A stretch of 64,000 bases of DNA from an uncultured Chloroflexia bacterium (lineage in GTDB: Bacteria > Chloroflexota > Limnocylindria > Limnocylindrales > CSP1-4), in NCBI GenBank assembly GCA_963748625.1, contig CAVVJT010000010.1:128001-192000 (forward strand), read 5' to 3'. This document shows, one piece after another, positions 42,590 through 53,996 of the stretch. Each line of letters starts with the position of its first letter. The first letter of the stretch is position 1. A program made the position numbers and the translations under genes. The notes beneath the pieces are model-generated. The model saw only the letters and a program-made list of their open reading frames with translations. It was not told the origin of the DNA and searched no databases.

Positions 42590-44314
42590 CTACTCGGCGG
42601 GCGGCGGGTTGAGGAACCCTCCGAAGTTGCCGGGGATGTAGGAGAACAGCCCGTCGCGACCGACGTGCAGCGGGTTCTCGGTGTCCCAGTAGGCCCCGAA
42701 GCTGGCCACGACGTCGTTGGCGTCGAAGGTGGCGCCGTCGTGGAACGTGACGCCGTCTCGCAGGGTGCAGGTCCAGACCGTCAGCTCGGCGTTGGGCTTG
42801 CACTCGGTCGCGAGGGCCGGGATCGGCTTGGTGCCGCCCAGCTCGTATGCGTACAGGGACTCGGAGATCTGCTCGCAGGCCCGGAGGGCCTCGCCGTCGG
42901 ACTCGTCGGGGCAGAACAGGCTGAGCGGCTCCAGGTTCTGGTCCCAGACCAGGGTGTCGCGGTCGCCCGCCTTCATCTTGGCGAACTGCTCGTTGCCGAG
43001 CGGGCTCGAGTGGGCCCCTTCGACGTCCGCCTTCCATGCCGTTCCGGAGCCGCCATGGATCATGACGACGGCCGGGACATGCTCCTTGATGAGGTTGTTG
43101 GCCTCGGCATAGGCGGCAGCGCGGTCAGCGTCTGCGGCCGATGACCCGCCCTTGGCCAGGGCGGCGGCGATGTCGTCGAACGGCTTGCCGAAGATCTTGC
43201 CGGAGCCTGCGCCGAAGTGGTAGTCGAGGAAGTTCGTGGGATCGGGGAAGTCGGCACCCCAGCCCAGCAGCACCAGGCCGTCGAGCGTGCCCTCCTGCTG
43301 CGCGGCGAATAGCGCACCGGACTCCATGACGTCGATCGTGGCGTCAACGCCGATGTTCGCCTTGAGCTGCTGCGCGATCTCGGTGGCGATGACCGGCGGC
43401 TCGGGCAGGTAGCCGCGCACCGCCGTCCGGAAGGTGATCTTGGTCTTGAAGCCATCCGGATAACCGGCCTCGGTCATCAGGCGCTTGGCCTCGGTGGGAT
43501 TGAAGTCCCACGTCGGATCGCCCTCGCACGCGAACGGGATCGCGCACGGGGTGAAGTGGGTCGCGACCTCGGAGCCGGGCGGGTAGAAGTTGTCCACGAT
43601 CTGCTGGCGGTCGATGGCCATGGCGATCGCTTGCCGGACCTTGGGGTCGTCCCAGGGCTTCATGGTCACGTTCATGCCGAGGTAGAGGATGTTGAGCCCC
43701 GACCGCTCCTTGAAGGCGAGCGTCGAGTCACCCTTGATCGTCTCGATGTCGGTCACGCCCGGGTTGTCGATGCCGTCCACGTTGCCCGACTGGAGCTCGA
43801 GCAGCCGCTGCGCGGCCTCCTCGGCCCAGCGGAACTCGACGAACTGGGACAGGGCCTTGTCGCCCCAATAGGCGTCGTTGCGCTCGAGGACGACGCGGTT
43901 CCCCTTGCTCCACTCCTTGAGCTTGTAGGGACCGGTGCCGTTGGGCTGGTCAAGGATGGACTTGTCCTGCGCATGCGCTGCGAGGTAGTCAGCATCGTTG
44001 ATGCCGAAGGCCGCGAAGGCGACCTTCGCGAGGAAGGCGACGTCCGGGTTGCACATCTGGAACTCGACGGTCTTGGCGTCGAGTGCCGAGATCTTCTTGA
44101 AGTTGCCCGTATAGGGGGCGACGCCGCACGGGGCCTCGCCCGTCTCGGGGTACGAGGTGGCCGTGAAATCGGCCGGGGCCTCGCTCGTCGGTGCGGCCGT
44201 GGCAGGGGCTGACGTCGCAGGGGCCTGCGTCGAGGTCGACGAGCCACATGCCGCGACGAGCAGCACCGTCGCGGCCAGAACCGCGAGCGGTGCCCTCCTC
44301 GGTGATCCGCGCAT
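42590..44314 (-). CDS. Family 5 (DppA-like) solute-binding lipoprotein, circularly permuted
   Basis: Lipobox VAAC; PNGTGPY, VRQAIAMAIDR; LRDGVTFHDG..FDANDVVASF at the C-terminus; AGGAGG RBS. Confidence 0.92.
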   Translation of the reverse strand: MRGSPRRAPLAVLAATVLLVAACGSSTSTQAPATSAPATAAPTSEAPADFTATSYPETGEAPCGVAPYTGNFKKISALDAKTVEFQMCNPDVAFLAKVAFAAFGINDADYLAAHAQDKSILDQPNGTGPYKLKEWSKGNRVVLERNDAYWGDKALSQFVEFRWAEEAAQRLLELQSGNVDGIDNPGVTDIETIKGDSTLAFKERSGLNILYLGMNVTMKPWDDPKVRQAIAMAIDRQQIVDNFYPPGSEVATHFTPCAIPFACEGDPTWDFNPTEAKRLMTEAGYPDGFKTKITFRTAVRGYLPEPPVIATEIAQQLKANIGVDATIDVMESGALFAAQQEGTLDGLVLLGWGADFPDPTNFLDYHFGAGSGKIFGKPFDDIAAALAKGGSSAADADRAAAYAEANNLIKEHVPAVVMIHGGSGTAWKADVEGAHSSPLGNEQFAKMKAGDRDTLVWDQNLEPLSLFCPDESDGEALRACEQISESLYAYELGGTKPIPALATECKPNAELTVWTCTLRDGVTFHDGATFDANDVVASFGAYWDTENPLHVGRDGLFSYIPGNFGGFLNPPPAE

Positions 44315-44489
44315 TCTCTCCTCCTCCTGACTCGGGTGCTCCGGGCGTCGGCACCGAAGGACCGCACGCCGGGTTCGCCGGAAGCCTAGCACCGCGAATC
44401 GGCCACCGCGCGCCGCATCGGTCACGGAGCTTGTGCGCTGGGCCATTCACCCGGCACGCTCCACGTGGGTCTGCCTCGCGACGCGCCCC

Positions 44490-45395
44490 TCAGCGGTCCG
44501 GCCCGGCGCGCTGCGCACCGTCCTGTTGCCCGGGTGCGTCGTACAGGGCGCGACGCCGGATACCCGTCTCGGCCGCCACGCGGCGTACCGCCTCGCCGCG
44601 GGCCATGCCGGCGGCTGCCAGCCGGTCCACTTCGGCGCGGGCGGCCACAAGCGCGTCACCCTCCGACTCGGCCGCCGCCTCGACGGCCAAAGCGCCCCTG
44701 CCCCAGCCCACGACGAGCACGAACTCGCCGCGCGCGGGGATCGTGCCGTCCTCCGCGGCGGTCGCCAGCTCCGCGAGCGGACCCCGGGTCACCGTCTCGT
44801 GGAGCTTGGTCAGCTCGCGGCACACCGCGCCCGGCCGATCCGCCCCGCAGACACCGGCCAGCTCGCGCAACGTCGCGGCCACCCGGTTCGGCCCCTCGAA
44901 GAGCACGCAGCCCCGCTCGTCCGCGGCGATCGCGGCCAGCCGCTCCCTGCGGTCCCGGCCGGAGCGGGGCAGGAACCCCTCGAACGTCCAGCGGGGACCG
45001 GCCAGCCCGGCGGACACCACGGCCGCCAGAACGGACGAGGCGCCCGGGATGGCGACCACCTCGCCCCCCATCGCCGCCCAGGCCGCCACCAGCCCGTCGC
45101 CCGGGTCGGAGACGGCGGGTGTCCCGGCATCGGTCACCAGCGCCAGGTCCTTCCCGGATGCCAGGTGCTCCACCAGCTCCCGCTCCTTCGCGGGCGAGCT
45201 CTGCGCGTGGTAGGCCGTGGTCCGGACCGTGATCTCGTACCGGTCGAGCAGCTTGTGCGTGACCCGCGTGTCCTCGGCAGCGATCAACGGCACGGCGCGC
45301 AGCACCTCGAGCGCGCGCAGGGTGATGTCGCCGAGGTTCCCGATCGGCGTCGCGACGACGTACAGCGTCCCGCCCGCCGCTTTCGGTCCGCCCAC
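44490..45395 (-). CDS. rsmI: 16S rRNA C1402 2'-O-methyltransferase
   Basis: LYVVATPIGNLGD, AAEDTR, DAGTPAVSDPG, FEGFLP, RELTKLHE. Confidence 0.96.
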   Translation of the reverse strand: MGGPKAAGGTLYVVATPIGNLGDITLRALEVLRAVPLIAAEDTRVTHKLLDRYEITVRTTAYHAQSSPAKERELVEHLASGKDLALVTDAGTPAVSDPGDGLVAAWAAMGGEVVAIPGASSVLAAVVSAGLAGPRWTFEGFLPRSGRDRRERLAAIAADERGCVLFEGPNRVAATLRELAGVCGADRPGAVCRELTKLHETVTRGPLAELATAAEDGTIPARGEFVLVVGWGRGALAVEAAAESEGDALVAARAEVDRLAAAGMARGEAVRRVAAETGIRRRALYDAPGQQDGAQRAGPDR

Positions 45396-45396
45396 G

Positions 45397-46323
45397 CTAG
45401 GGCCGCGCCGCCGACCCCGGCCGACGCCTCGGGTAGAGGTAGTCAACGCCCGCCGTCCGCGGGCCGAGCTTGGCGATCGGCGGCACCTGGCGCTTGAACT
45501 CGGCGCCCGCGACCATCCGGTCCACCCGTGCTACCAGCGCCTCGTCGAAGCCCATCGCCACCATCTCCTCGGCGGAGCGGCGCTTGTCGATCCGCCAGAA
45601 CAGGAGGCGGTCCAGGACGGGGTATGAGAACCCGGCCTCGGTCTCGTCGGTCTGGCCGGGCCACAGGTCGGCCGAGGGCGCCTTGCGGATGATCGCCTCA
45701 GGCACCCCGATCGCGGCAGACAGCTGGCGCACCTGGCTCTTGTACAGGTCACCGATGGGGTTGAACGCGCACGCGGAGTCCCCGAAGAGCGTCGTGTACC
45801 CGATCAGCGATTCGGTCTTGTTGCCGGTGCCCACCACAAGGCCCCGCCACGTCACCGACCGGTCGTAGAGCACGGACATCCGCATCCGGGCCATGAAGTT
45901 GCCGCGCCGCAGCGGGGCCGCCTCGAGCGCCTCGGGTCCGCCTTCAGCGGCGATGCCATCCCGCCCGAAGTAGCCGTCCACCATGCCGGTGATCGCCACC
46001 AGCTCGCCCGCGCAGCCGAGGTCTGCGATGACCGCCTCGGCGTCCCCCTGCGAGGCCGGCGACGACGTGCGGTACGGCATCATCACGCACAGGAGCCTGT
46101 CCGCCCCGATCGCCTCGGCGACGAGGTAGGCGACGAGCGCCGAATCGATCCCGCCCGACAGCCCCAGGACGGCCTTCCCGAACCCGGCCTGCGCCAGCTG
46201 GCCGCGGATGAATGCCGCGATCGCCGTGCGCGCGACGCCGGTGTCGATGGACAGCTCGTCGGGAAGCTCGAACAGGGGCTCGCTCCCCCGCGGCGACTCG
46301 CTCCCCAGCGGCGGCTCGGTCAC
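45397..46323 (-). CDS. nadE: NAD+ synthetase, synthetase domain only
   Basis: GLSGGIDS, GNFMARMRM, GTGNKTE, GDLYKSQV, KAPSADLW. Confidence 0.96.
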   Translation of the reverse strand: MTEPPLGSESPRGSEPLFELPDELSIDTGVARTAIAAFIRGQLAQAGFGKAVLGLSGGIDSALVAYLVAEAIGADRLLCVMMPYRTSSPASQGDAEAVIADLGCAGELVAITGMVDGYFGRDGIAAEGGPEALEAAPLRRGNFMARMRMSVLYDRSVTWRGLVVGTGNKTESLIGYTTLFGDSACAFNPIGDLYKSQVRQLSAAIGVPEAIIRKAPSADLWPGQTDETEAGFSYPVLDRLLFWRIDKRRSAEEMVAMGFDEALVARVDRMVAGAEFKRQVPPIAKLGPRTAGVDYLYPRRRPGSAARP

Positions 46324-47237
46324 GAGGTGGCGCCTCCCCCGAACGGGCCCTCGTCGGCCGTGGTGTCGAGCGCCAGGCCCGCCCGCTCGGCGACCAGGCG
46401 CCGCCACTCGCGAGCGACCAGCTCCGGGCGCTCGTCCCGCAGCAGGGGCAGCCCGATCCGCTCACGCCGCACGTCGCCCAGCTCCACGTCGGTGAAGAAC
46501 AGGCCCTCCTCGAACATCGGCGCGGAGAAGATCGCCGCCCCCGTCGGCCCGATCACCTCAGACCCGCCCCAGAACGAGAGTGACTCGTCCACGCCCACGC
46601 GGTTGCAGAACACCACGAACGACGTGGTCAGCTGGGCGTAGGTCCGCATCAGCGTCCGCCACGACCCCGCCGTTCCGAGGCCCACCTCCGACGTGCGCGC
46701 GAGATCGCGCCCGGGCGACGACGACACGTTGATCAGCACCTGCGCCCCATCGAGCGCAAGCAGCTGGGGCGTGGACATGTGCCAGAAGTCCTCGCACACG
46801 GCGAGGCCCACCCCCACGCCCAGGCGCGAGGGCGTCGCGCGAACCATGTCGCCTGCCGCGAAGAACCGGCGCTCGTCGAAGAGGCCGTACGTGGGCAGGT
46901 GGACCTTGCGGTGGACGTGCCGGACCTCGCCGTCCTCGATCAGCGCCGCCGCGATGAACAGGCGGTGGTCCGCCGACTCCTCCACGAACGACACCACGGC
47001 CGACAGGCCACCGGTCGCGGCGGCGAACCGGGCAAGGCGAGGATCGTCGAGCCGCATCGCGACCTCGGACGCCAGGTCCTGGAGCTGGTACCCGGTCAGC
47101 CCGAGCTCCGGGAAGACGACCAGTCCGGCACCGCCGTCACGGGCTGCGTCGAGCAGCTCGAGATGACGCGCGAGGTTGGCATCGAGGTCCCCGAGGCGAG
47201 GCGCGACCTGGGCCAGCGCGATCCTGAGCGGCTGCAC
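46320..47237 (-). CDS. Nitrilase-family C-N hydrolase, probable glutaminase subunit of NAD synthetase
   Basis: Triad FPEL / HRK / VCED; LPTYGLFDERRFF; GTGA overlap with nadE. Confidence 0.88.
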   Translation of the reverse strand: MQPLRIALAQVAPRLGDLDANLARHLELLDAARDGGAGLVVFPELGLTGYQLQDLASEVAMRLDDPRLARFAAATGGLSAVVSFVEESADHRLFIAAALIEDGEVRHVHRKVHLPTYGLFDERRFFAAGDMVRATPSRLGVGVGLAVCEDFWHMSTPQLLALDGAQVLINVSSSPGRDLARTSEVGLGTAGSWRTLMRTYAQLTTSFVVFCNRVGVDESLSFWGGSEVIGPTGAAIFSAPMFEEGLFFTDVELGDVRRERIGLPLLRDERPELVAREWRRLVAERAGLALDTTADEGPFGGGATS

Positions 47238-47247
47238 GCCGGGCCGC

Positions 47248-47415
47248 CTAGTCCTGGTGCTTGTAGGGCGCCTGAGGATGCTGCTCCGGCGTGACCGGCA
47301 TGCCCAGGATGTCTCCGGGGCTCGGGATCAGGTCCACGTCCACCGGCGGCTCCTCGAAGATCAGGGGATCGGCGCCCTCGGAGGCCTTCCCGACCGGGTC
47401 GATCGCGGCCGCCAT
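47248..47415 (-). CDS. 55-aa acidic, Pro-rich small protein
   Basis: MAAAIDPVGKASEGADPLIFEEPPVDVDLIPSPGDILGMPVTPEQHPQAPYKHQD; GGAGGAGGAGG RBS; stop 10 nt before the nitrilase start. Confidence 0.65.
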   Translation of the reverse strand: MAAAIDPVGKASEGADPLIFEEPPVDVDLIPSPGDILGMPVTPEQHPQAPYKHQD

Positions 47416-47675
47416 GCTGCCTCCTCCTCCAGCCGAGTGGTGACGATCGCGATCGTCAGGCGGCCGGGCCCGGCACCTTCGGTCCGCCGTTGGGCTGCAT
47501 CATACCCACCTGCAGAACTCCTGCCGCCCTTGTTCCCAGGTACCGGGTCGCCACGATCCAGGTTCATCCCATGCGCAGGCAGGGCGCTCCGCCGCCGCGG
47601 CCGGGATCGCGGCCGGGAACGCGGCCGATGCCGACGTCCCCGTCGGCGGTGGCCCGGTGCTAGGCTCGCCTCACC

Positions 47676-49475
47676 ATGACCTTCCCGCGCCGGCGCATGC
47701 CGGCCCTTGCGCTGGCCGCCCTCGTGGCGGGCGCATGCGGCTCGACCCCGGCCCCCTCCGCGACACCACCACCCGCTGCCGGACGGACCCCCGCACCGAT
47801 GCCCGCGGCCGCGGCCGAGCGGCCCTTCAGGACGGTCACGTGGCCGGCCGGCGGATCCTGGTGCGACGTGGCCGACGCGGCGGCGTCGGGCGTGCGCATC
47901 GGGCGCATCGAGGCGCTGGACGCCCGCACGGTCCGGTTCACGTTGTGCGCTCCGGATGCGGCCTTCGCGGCACGCCTCGCGGACCCCGTGGCAGGCGTGA
48001 TCGATGCGGCGGCCGTGGATGCGATTGCCGCCGACCCATCCCTCGGGCGGTTCGCCGCCGGCGCGGGCCGCTACCGCGTCGAGGCGTGGTACCCGGGCGC
48101 GAACGTGCGGCTCACGCGGGTGGCGGCGGAGCCCGGCGCCAAGGGCGACGACAAGGTGCCCACGATCGTGCTCCGCTGGAGTGCACGCGGATCCGAACGC
48201 GTGGATGCCATCGGCGAAGGGGCCGTGGACGCCGTGGACGGCGTCGGCGCAGCGGAGCTCGAGGCGGTCGCGACCCTGCCCGAGCTCATCACCCTGGACA
48301 GGGCCGGCATGGCCACGGCCTACCTGGGCTTCGGCTACGGGGCCGACTTCGCGCCGGTCGCGGTGCGCAGGGCCTTTGGCGAGGGCCTCGACCGTGCGGC
48401 ACTCACCACCGCAGCGTTCGCTCCCGGCGCCACGGTGGCGAGCCACCTCGCGCCCTGCGTCGTGCCCTTCGGGTGCACCGGCCAGGACTGGTACGAGGCG
48501 AACGCCCCGGCCGCCGTCGCCGCCCTCAGCGCAGCCAAGTTCGACAGCAAGGCGACCTACCCGCTGGTCATCCCCTCCGAACCGGTCCCAGGGCTGCCAG
48601 ACCCGGCCGCGCTCGGCGAAGCGGTCAAGGCGCAGGCGGCGGAGCGCCTCGGCGTGACGCTCGAGGTGACCCCGATGGCGCCGGCGGAGATCGCCGATGC
48701 CCTTGCCGGGCGGCGCCTTCGCGGCCTCTACCTCGCGGGGATCGACTCCCGCCTCGCTGATGCGTCAGGCTTCCTCGATCCACTCTTCGGGCGAGGAGCC
48801 CAGGGCGTTGCGGTGGATCGCGCAGGCGATGCCCGTGCAGCGCTCATCAAGGCCTCGGAGACCACGGACGTGGATGACCGGGCCGACGCCTTCCGTGTCG
48901 CGAACATGGCCATCCGCGACGGCGTGCCGCTGGTCCCGATCGCGCACCCGGGCGCCGTCATGGCCGTCCTCGACGACGTTGCGGGCGCGGTCACCTCCCC
49001 GCTGTGGGTTGAGCCGCTCGGGCGGTTCGTCCCGGGCGATCGCAGCCAGCTCGTCCTCATGCAGGCCGGCGAGCCGGCGAGCGCGTGGTGCGCCGTCGCC
49101 TCCGCCCCCGACGACCGCCGCCTCTGCGCCCTCGTCACCCCGGGGCTCCTGGGCTTCCGCCCGGACTCGCTTGACACGGCGCCCGGGATCGCGACCCGGT
49201 GCTCCCCGGACGAGACCGCGACCGTCTGGACGTGCCGGCTGCGCGCCGACGCACGGTTCACCAGCGGAGCGCGTGTGGACGCCGGCGACGTGCTCGCGTC
49301 GTTCGCCGCCCAGGCGGATCCTGCGAGCGACCTGCGGGCCGCGCTGCCCCCCGCGACGTTCGGGGCGTGGGACGAGCTGTTCGGGGCACCTGCAGGTCCT
49401 GAGCCACTCCCCTCCCCATCCGTAACGCCTGGGCCGTCGGCGACCTCGGACGGCGCCGCGACCGCGAAGCCGTAG
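47676..49475 (+). CDS. Second, degenerate circularly permuted family 5 solute-binding lipoprotein
   Basis: Lipobox AGAC; IEALDARTVRFTLC, PCVVPFGC, C-terminal WTCRLRADARFTSG..VDAGDVLASF; collinear with 42590..44314. Confidence 0.82.
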   Translation: MTFPRRRMPALALAALVAGACGSTPAPSATPPPAAGRTPAPMPAAAAERPFRTVTWPAGGSWCDVADAAASGVRIGRIEALDARTVRFTLCAPDAAFAARLADPVAGVIDAAAVDAIAADPSLGRFAAGAGRYRVEAWYPGANVRLTRVAAEPGAKGDDKVPTIVLRWSARGSERVDAIGEGAVDAVDGVGAAELEAVATLPELITLDRAGMATAYLGFGYGADFAPVAVRRAFGEGLDRAALTTAAFAPGATVASHLAPCVVPFGCTGQDWYEANAPAAVAALSAAKFDSKATYPLVIPSEPVPGLPDPAALGEAVKAQAAERLGVTLEVTPMAPAEIADALAGRRLRGLYLAGIDSRLADASGFLDPLFGRGAQGVAVDRAGDARAALIKASETTDVDDRADAFRVANMAIRDGVPLVPIAHPGAVMAVLDDVAGAVTSPLWVEPLGRFVPGDRSQLVLMQAGEPASAWCAVASAPDDRRLCALVTPGLLGFRPDSLDTAPGIATRCSPDETATVWTCRLRADARFTSGARVDAGDVLASFAAQADPASDLRAALPPATFGAWDELFGAPAGPEPLPSPSVTPGPSATSDGAATAKP

Positions 49476-49536
49476 CGCAGCAGCTTCCATGGCGCCGCGA
49501 CCCGCGGCAAGCCCGCCGCGCAGCGCGGTCCGGCAG

Positions 49537-50144
49537 CTACTTGACCAGGATCTTCTGCATCAGCAGCGCCTGCTCGAGCAACGGCGCGATCTCGGCCCTG
49601 GCGTTCTCGTACGCCCCGATCCCGATGGCCAGCTGCACGCTGCCCTCCTCCATCCCCTTTACGTCACCGGCTTTGAGGGAGTCGCGCAGCTTCACCGCTC
49701 CGGCGAGCATGTCGGGGAGCGCGGCCTCGTAGGCGGCGGCGGCCTTCGCGGTGGCGGGGTAGTCGGCGAGCCGTGGCACCTGCGTCTGGAGCTTCTCGAC
49801 CAGCGTCGCAAGCCCGTCGGCGGCACCCCACATCGCCTCGAGGTCCTCGTAGGCCGCGGCGGCGCCGAGGTCGGCTCCGGCGGTCTTGATCTCGAGGTCG
49901 GCCTTGCCCATGATGATGACGGCCTCTACAACGCCGCCGGGCCAGCGCGTCGGACTGGGCATCGGAGCGTCCGAAGTTTCCGGCGCACCCGAGGGTGCGA
50001 CCGCGGGCGGCCCGACGGACTCCGTCGCGCCCGGGGCGCCCGTCGAGGGCGTCGAGGCGCCGCAGCCGGCAATGACCAGCAGGGCCAGCGCGACCGCCAC
50101 GGCGGCCGGTGACGGCCGACGCCGCGCCGAGCGCGGCATGCCCG

Positions 50145-50148
<4 letters not shown>
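49537..50148 (-). CDS. Helical lipoprotein of unknown function
   Basis: Lipobox IAGC, Pro/Thr linker, amphipathic helices; GTGA overlap with the upstream ATPase (start may be 50139). Confidence 0.75.
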
Positions 50149-51817
<1,669 letters not shown>

Positions 51818-51821
<4 letters not shown>

Positions 51822-52942
51822 GCGTCACCAAGCCTGTCGGGGGCGCCGGTGAGACGGCGACCCATCCGCATGTTGTCGTCGTGCTGGCGGATGGCAGCAT
51901 CGAGCCGGGCGGCCTCCCCGGCCAGGTGCAGATGGCAGCGTCCCACCTGGCCGTCGTCGCCTGCCGGGTAGAGCTCTGGCGGGACGCTCCGGCACAACTC
52001 CCACGAGTATGGGCAGCGGGGCTCGAACCGGCAGTTCGGAGGCAGGTTGAACGGCGACGGGACGACGCCCTTGATCGCCGAGAGCCTGCCGCCGCGCTTC
52101 TCCACGGTCGGGATCGACTCGATCAGGCCCATCGTGTAGGGCATCCGGGGCTCCAGGAGCACCTGGTGCACGGTCCCCTGCTCCACGATCTGGCCCGCGT
52201 ACATCACGATCACGTGCTCGACCATCTCGGCGATGACTCCCAGGTCATGGGTGATCAGGAGCAGGGCCGCACCCGTGCGCTCCTGGATCGCCTTGAGCAG
52301 CTCCATGATCTGCGCCTGGACCGTCACATCGAGGGCGGTCGTGGGCTCGTCCGCGATGATCAGCTTCGGGTCGCACGAGAGCGCCATCCCGATCATCACA
52401 CGCTGGCGCATGCCGCCTGAGAGCTCGTGCGGGTACTGCTTCGCGCGCCGCTCAGGGCTGTTGAGGCCCACGAGGCGGAGCATCTCGACGGCGCGGTCCT
52501 TGGCCTCCTTCTTGGAGACCTTCATGTGCAGCTCGACCTGCTCCGCGATCTGGTCGCCGACCGAGAACACCGGATTCAGGCTCGTGAGCGGCTCCTGGAA
52601 GATCATCGCCATGTCGTTGCCGCGGAGCCGCCGCATCTCCTCGTTGGGGATGTGCAGGATCTCGCGGCCGTCGAACCAGATCTCGCTCTGCTCGCCGATC
52701 GAGGCCGGCGGGATGTCGAGCAGGCGCATGATCGTGAGCGCGGTGACCGACTTGCCCGATCCCGACTCGCCGACGATGCCGAGCGTCTTGCCGCGGGCCA
52801 GCGAGAAGCTGATGTCATCGACGGCCGGCACGGTGCCGTCCATCACCTTGAAGTAGGTCTTCAGGCGTCGGATGTCGAGCAGGACGTCATCAGGGGGCGG
52901 TGTTCCCGCCCCCGGCAGCACGGTGGTCGTTGTCTCCGTCAT
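51818..52942 (-). CDS. Peptide ABC ATPase (OppD)
   Basis: [25 protein letters not shown]. Confidence 0.93.
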
Positions 52943-53988
52943 GCGCGCGACCTCGGGTCGAAGGCATCGCGGAGGCCATCGCCCACGAAGTTGACCGCGA
53001 GCACGGTGATGATGATCGCCACGCCCGGGAAGAACGGCCACCACCAGTTGCCCAGGGCGAGGAACTGCAGGCCGCCCGACAGGATGTTGCCCCACGACGG
53101 TGACGTGGGGTCCACGCCGAACCCGAGGAAGCTCACGAACGCCTCGGAGATGATGTTCGCGGCCACCAGCAGGGAGGCCACCACCACGATCGGGCTGAAC
53201 GCGTTGGGCAGGATGTGGCGGAAGATGATGCGCCGGTCGCGGACACCCACCGCGAGCGCCGCCTCCACGAACTCGCGCTCGCGGATGGAGAGGAACAGCG
53301 ATCGCACGAGGCGGCTGACGCCCATCCAGGAGAAGAGTCCGAAGATCACGATGACAGTGGTGACCGTGCCGTTGCCGAGGAACTTGGCCGCGACGAGGAT
53401 CACGAACAGGGTGGGCAGGCTGAGCATGATGTCGACGAGGCGCATCAGCGAGTTGTCGACCACGCCACCGGCGAAGCCCGCGATGGAGCCGACGACGGTA
53501 CCGATCAGGACGCCGATCGCCATGCTGACGAAGCCGATCAGGAGCGACGTGCGGGCCCCGTTGACGACGAGCGTGAGCACGTCTCGCTGGAGGCCGCCGG
53601 TCTCGCCCATCGGGTGGGTCAGGCCCCACGCCTCGCAGTTGCGCTCCTGGGCCTGGTACTGGACGCAGAACGGGGGACGGCCGGTCTGGACGATCTGGTC
53701 AGGATCCGGGATGTCCTTGAAGTCGAAGGGCATCAGGATCGGCCCGAGCACGGAGACCAGGAGGATCACGCCGAGGATCGCCAGGCCGATGAGGGCCAGA
53801 CGGTGCTTGCGGAACTTCCGCCAGGCGAGCTGCCACTGGTTGAGCGACTGCAGGCCGACCTCGTAGTCGGCGGCCTTGGTCGGGTCCGGATCCACGATCT
53901 CCGCAACGGTCGGAGCCGGCTCCGCAGCGGGCTGGCCCTCGGGCTCGGACGCGGCGGGATCCGCCATGGGGTTCTGGGGTTCGGTCAT
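52939..53988 (-). CDS. Peptide ABC permease (OppC)
   Basis: AWRKFRKHRLA, REFVEAA, RHILPN, GDGLRDAFDP. Confidence 0.93.
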   Translation of the reverse strand: MTEPQNPMADPAASEPEGQPAAEPAPTVAEIVDPDPTKAADYEVGLQSLNQWQLAWRKFRKHRLALIGLAILGVILLVSVLGPILMPFDFKDIPDPDQIVQTGRPPFCVQYQAQERNCEAWGLTHPMGETGGLQRDVLTLVVNGARTSLLIGFVSMAIGVLIGTVVGSIAGFAGGVVDNSLMRLVDIMLSLPTLFVILVAAKFLGNGTVTTVIVIFGLFSWMGVSRLVRSLFLSIREREFVEAALAVGVRDRRIIFRHILPNAFSPIVVVASLLVAANIISEAFVSFLGFGVDPTSPSWGNILSGGLQFLALGNWWWPFFPGVAIIITVLAVNFVGDGLRDAFDPRSRA

Positions 53989-53996
53989 CGGGCGGC

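Noticed and set aside
38373-43037. 1554-aa GcvPA fusion
   Set aside because: The upstream part is antisense to the FAD oxidoreductase; the real start is ATG 39773 with an RBS
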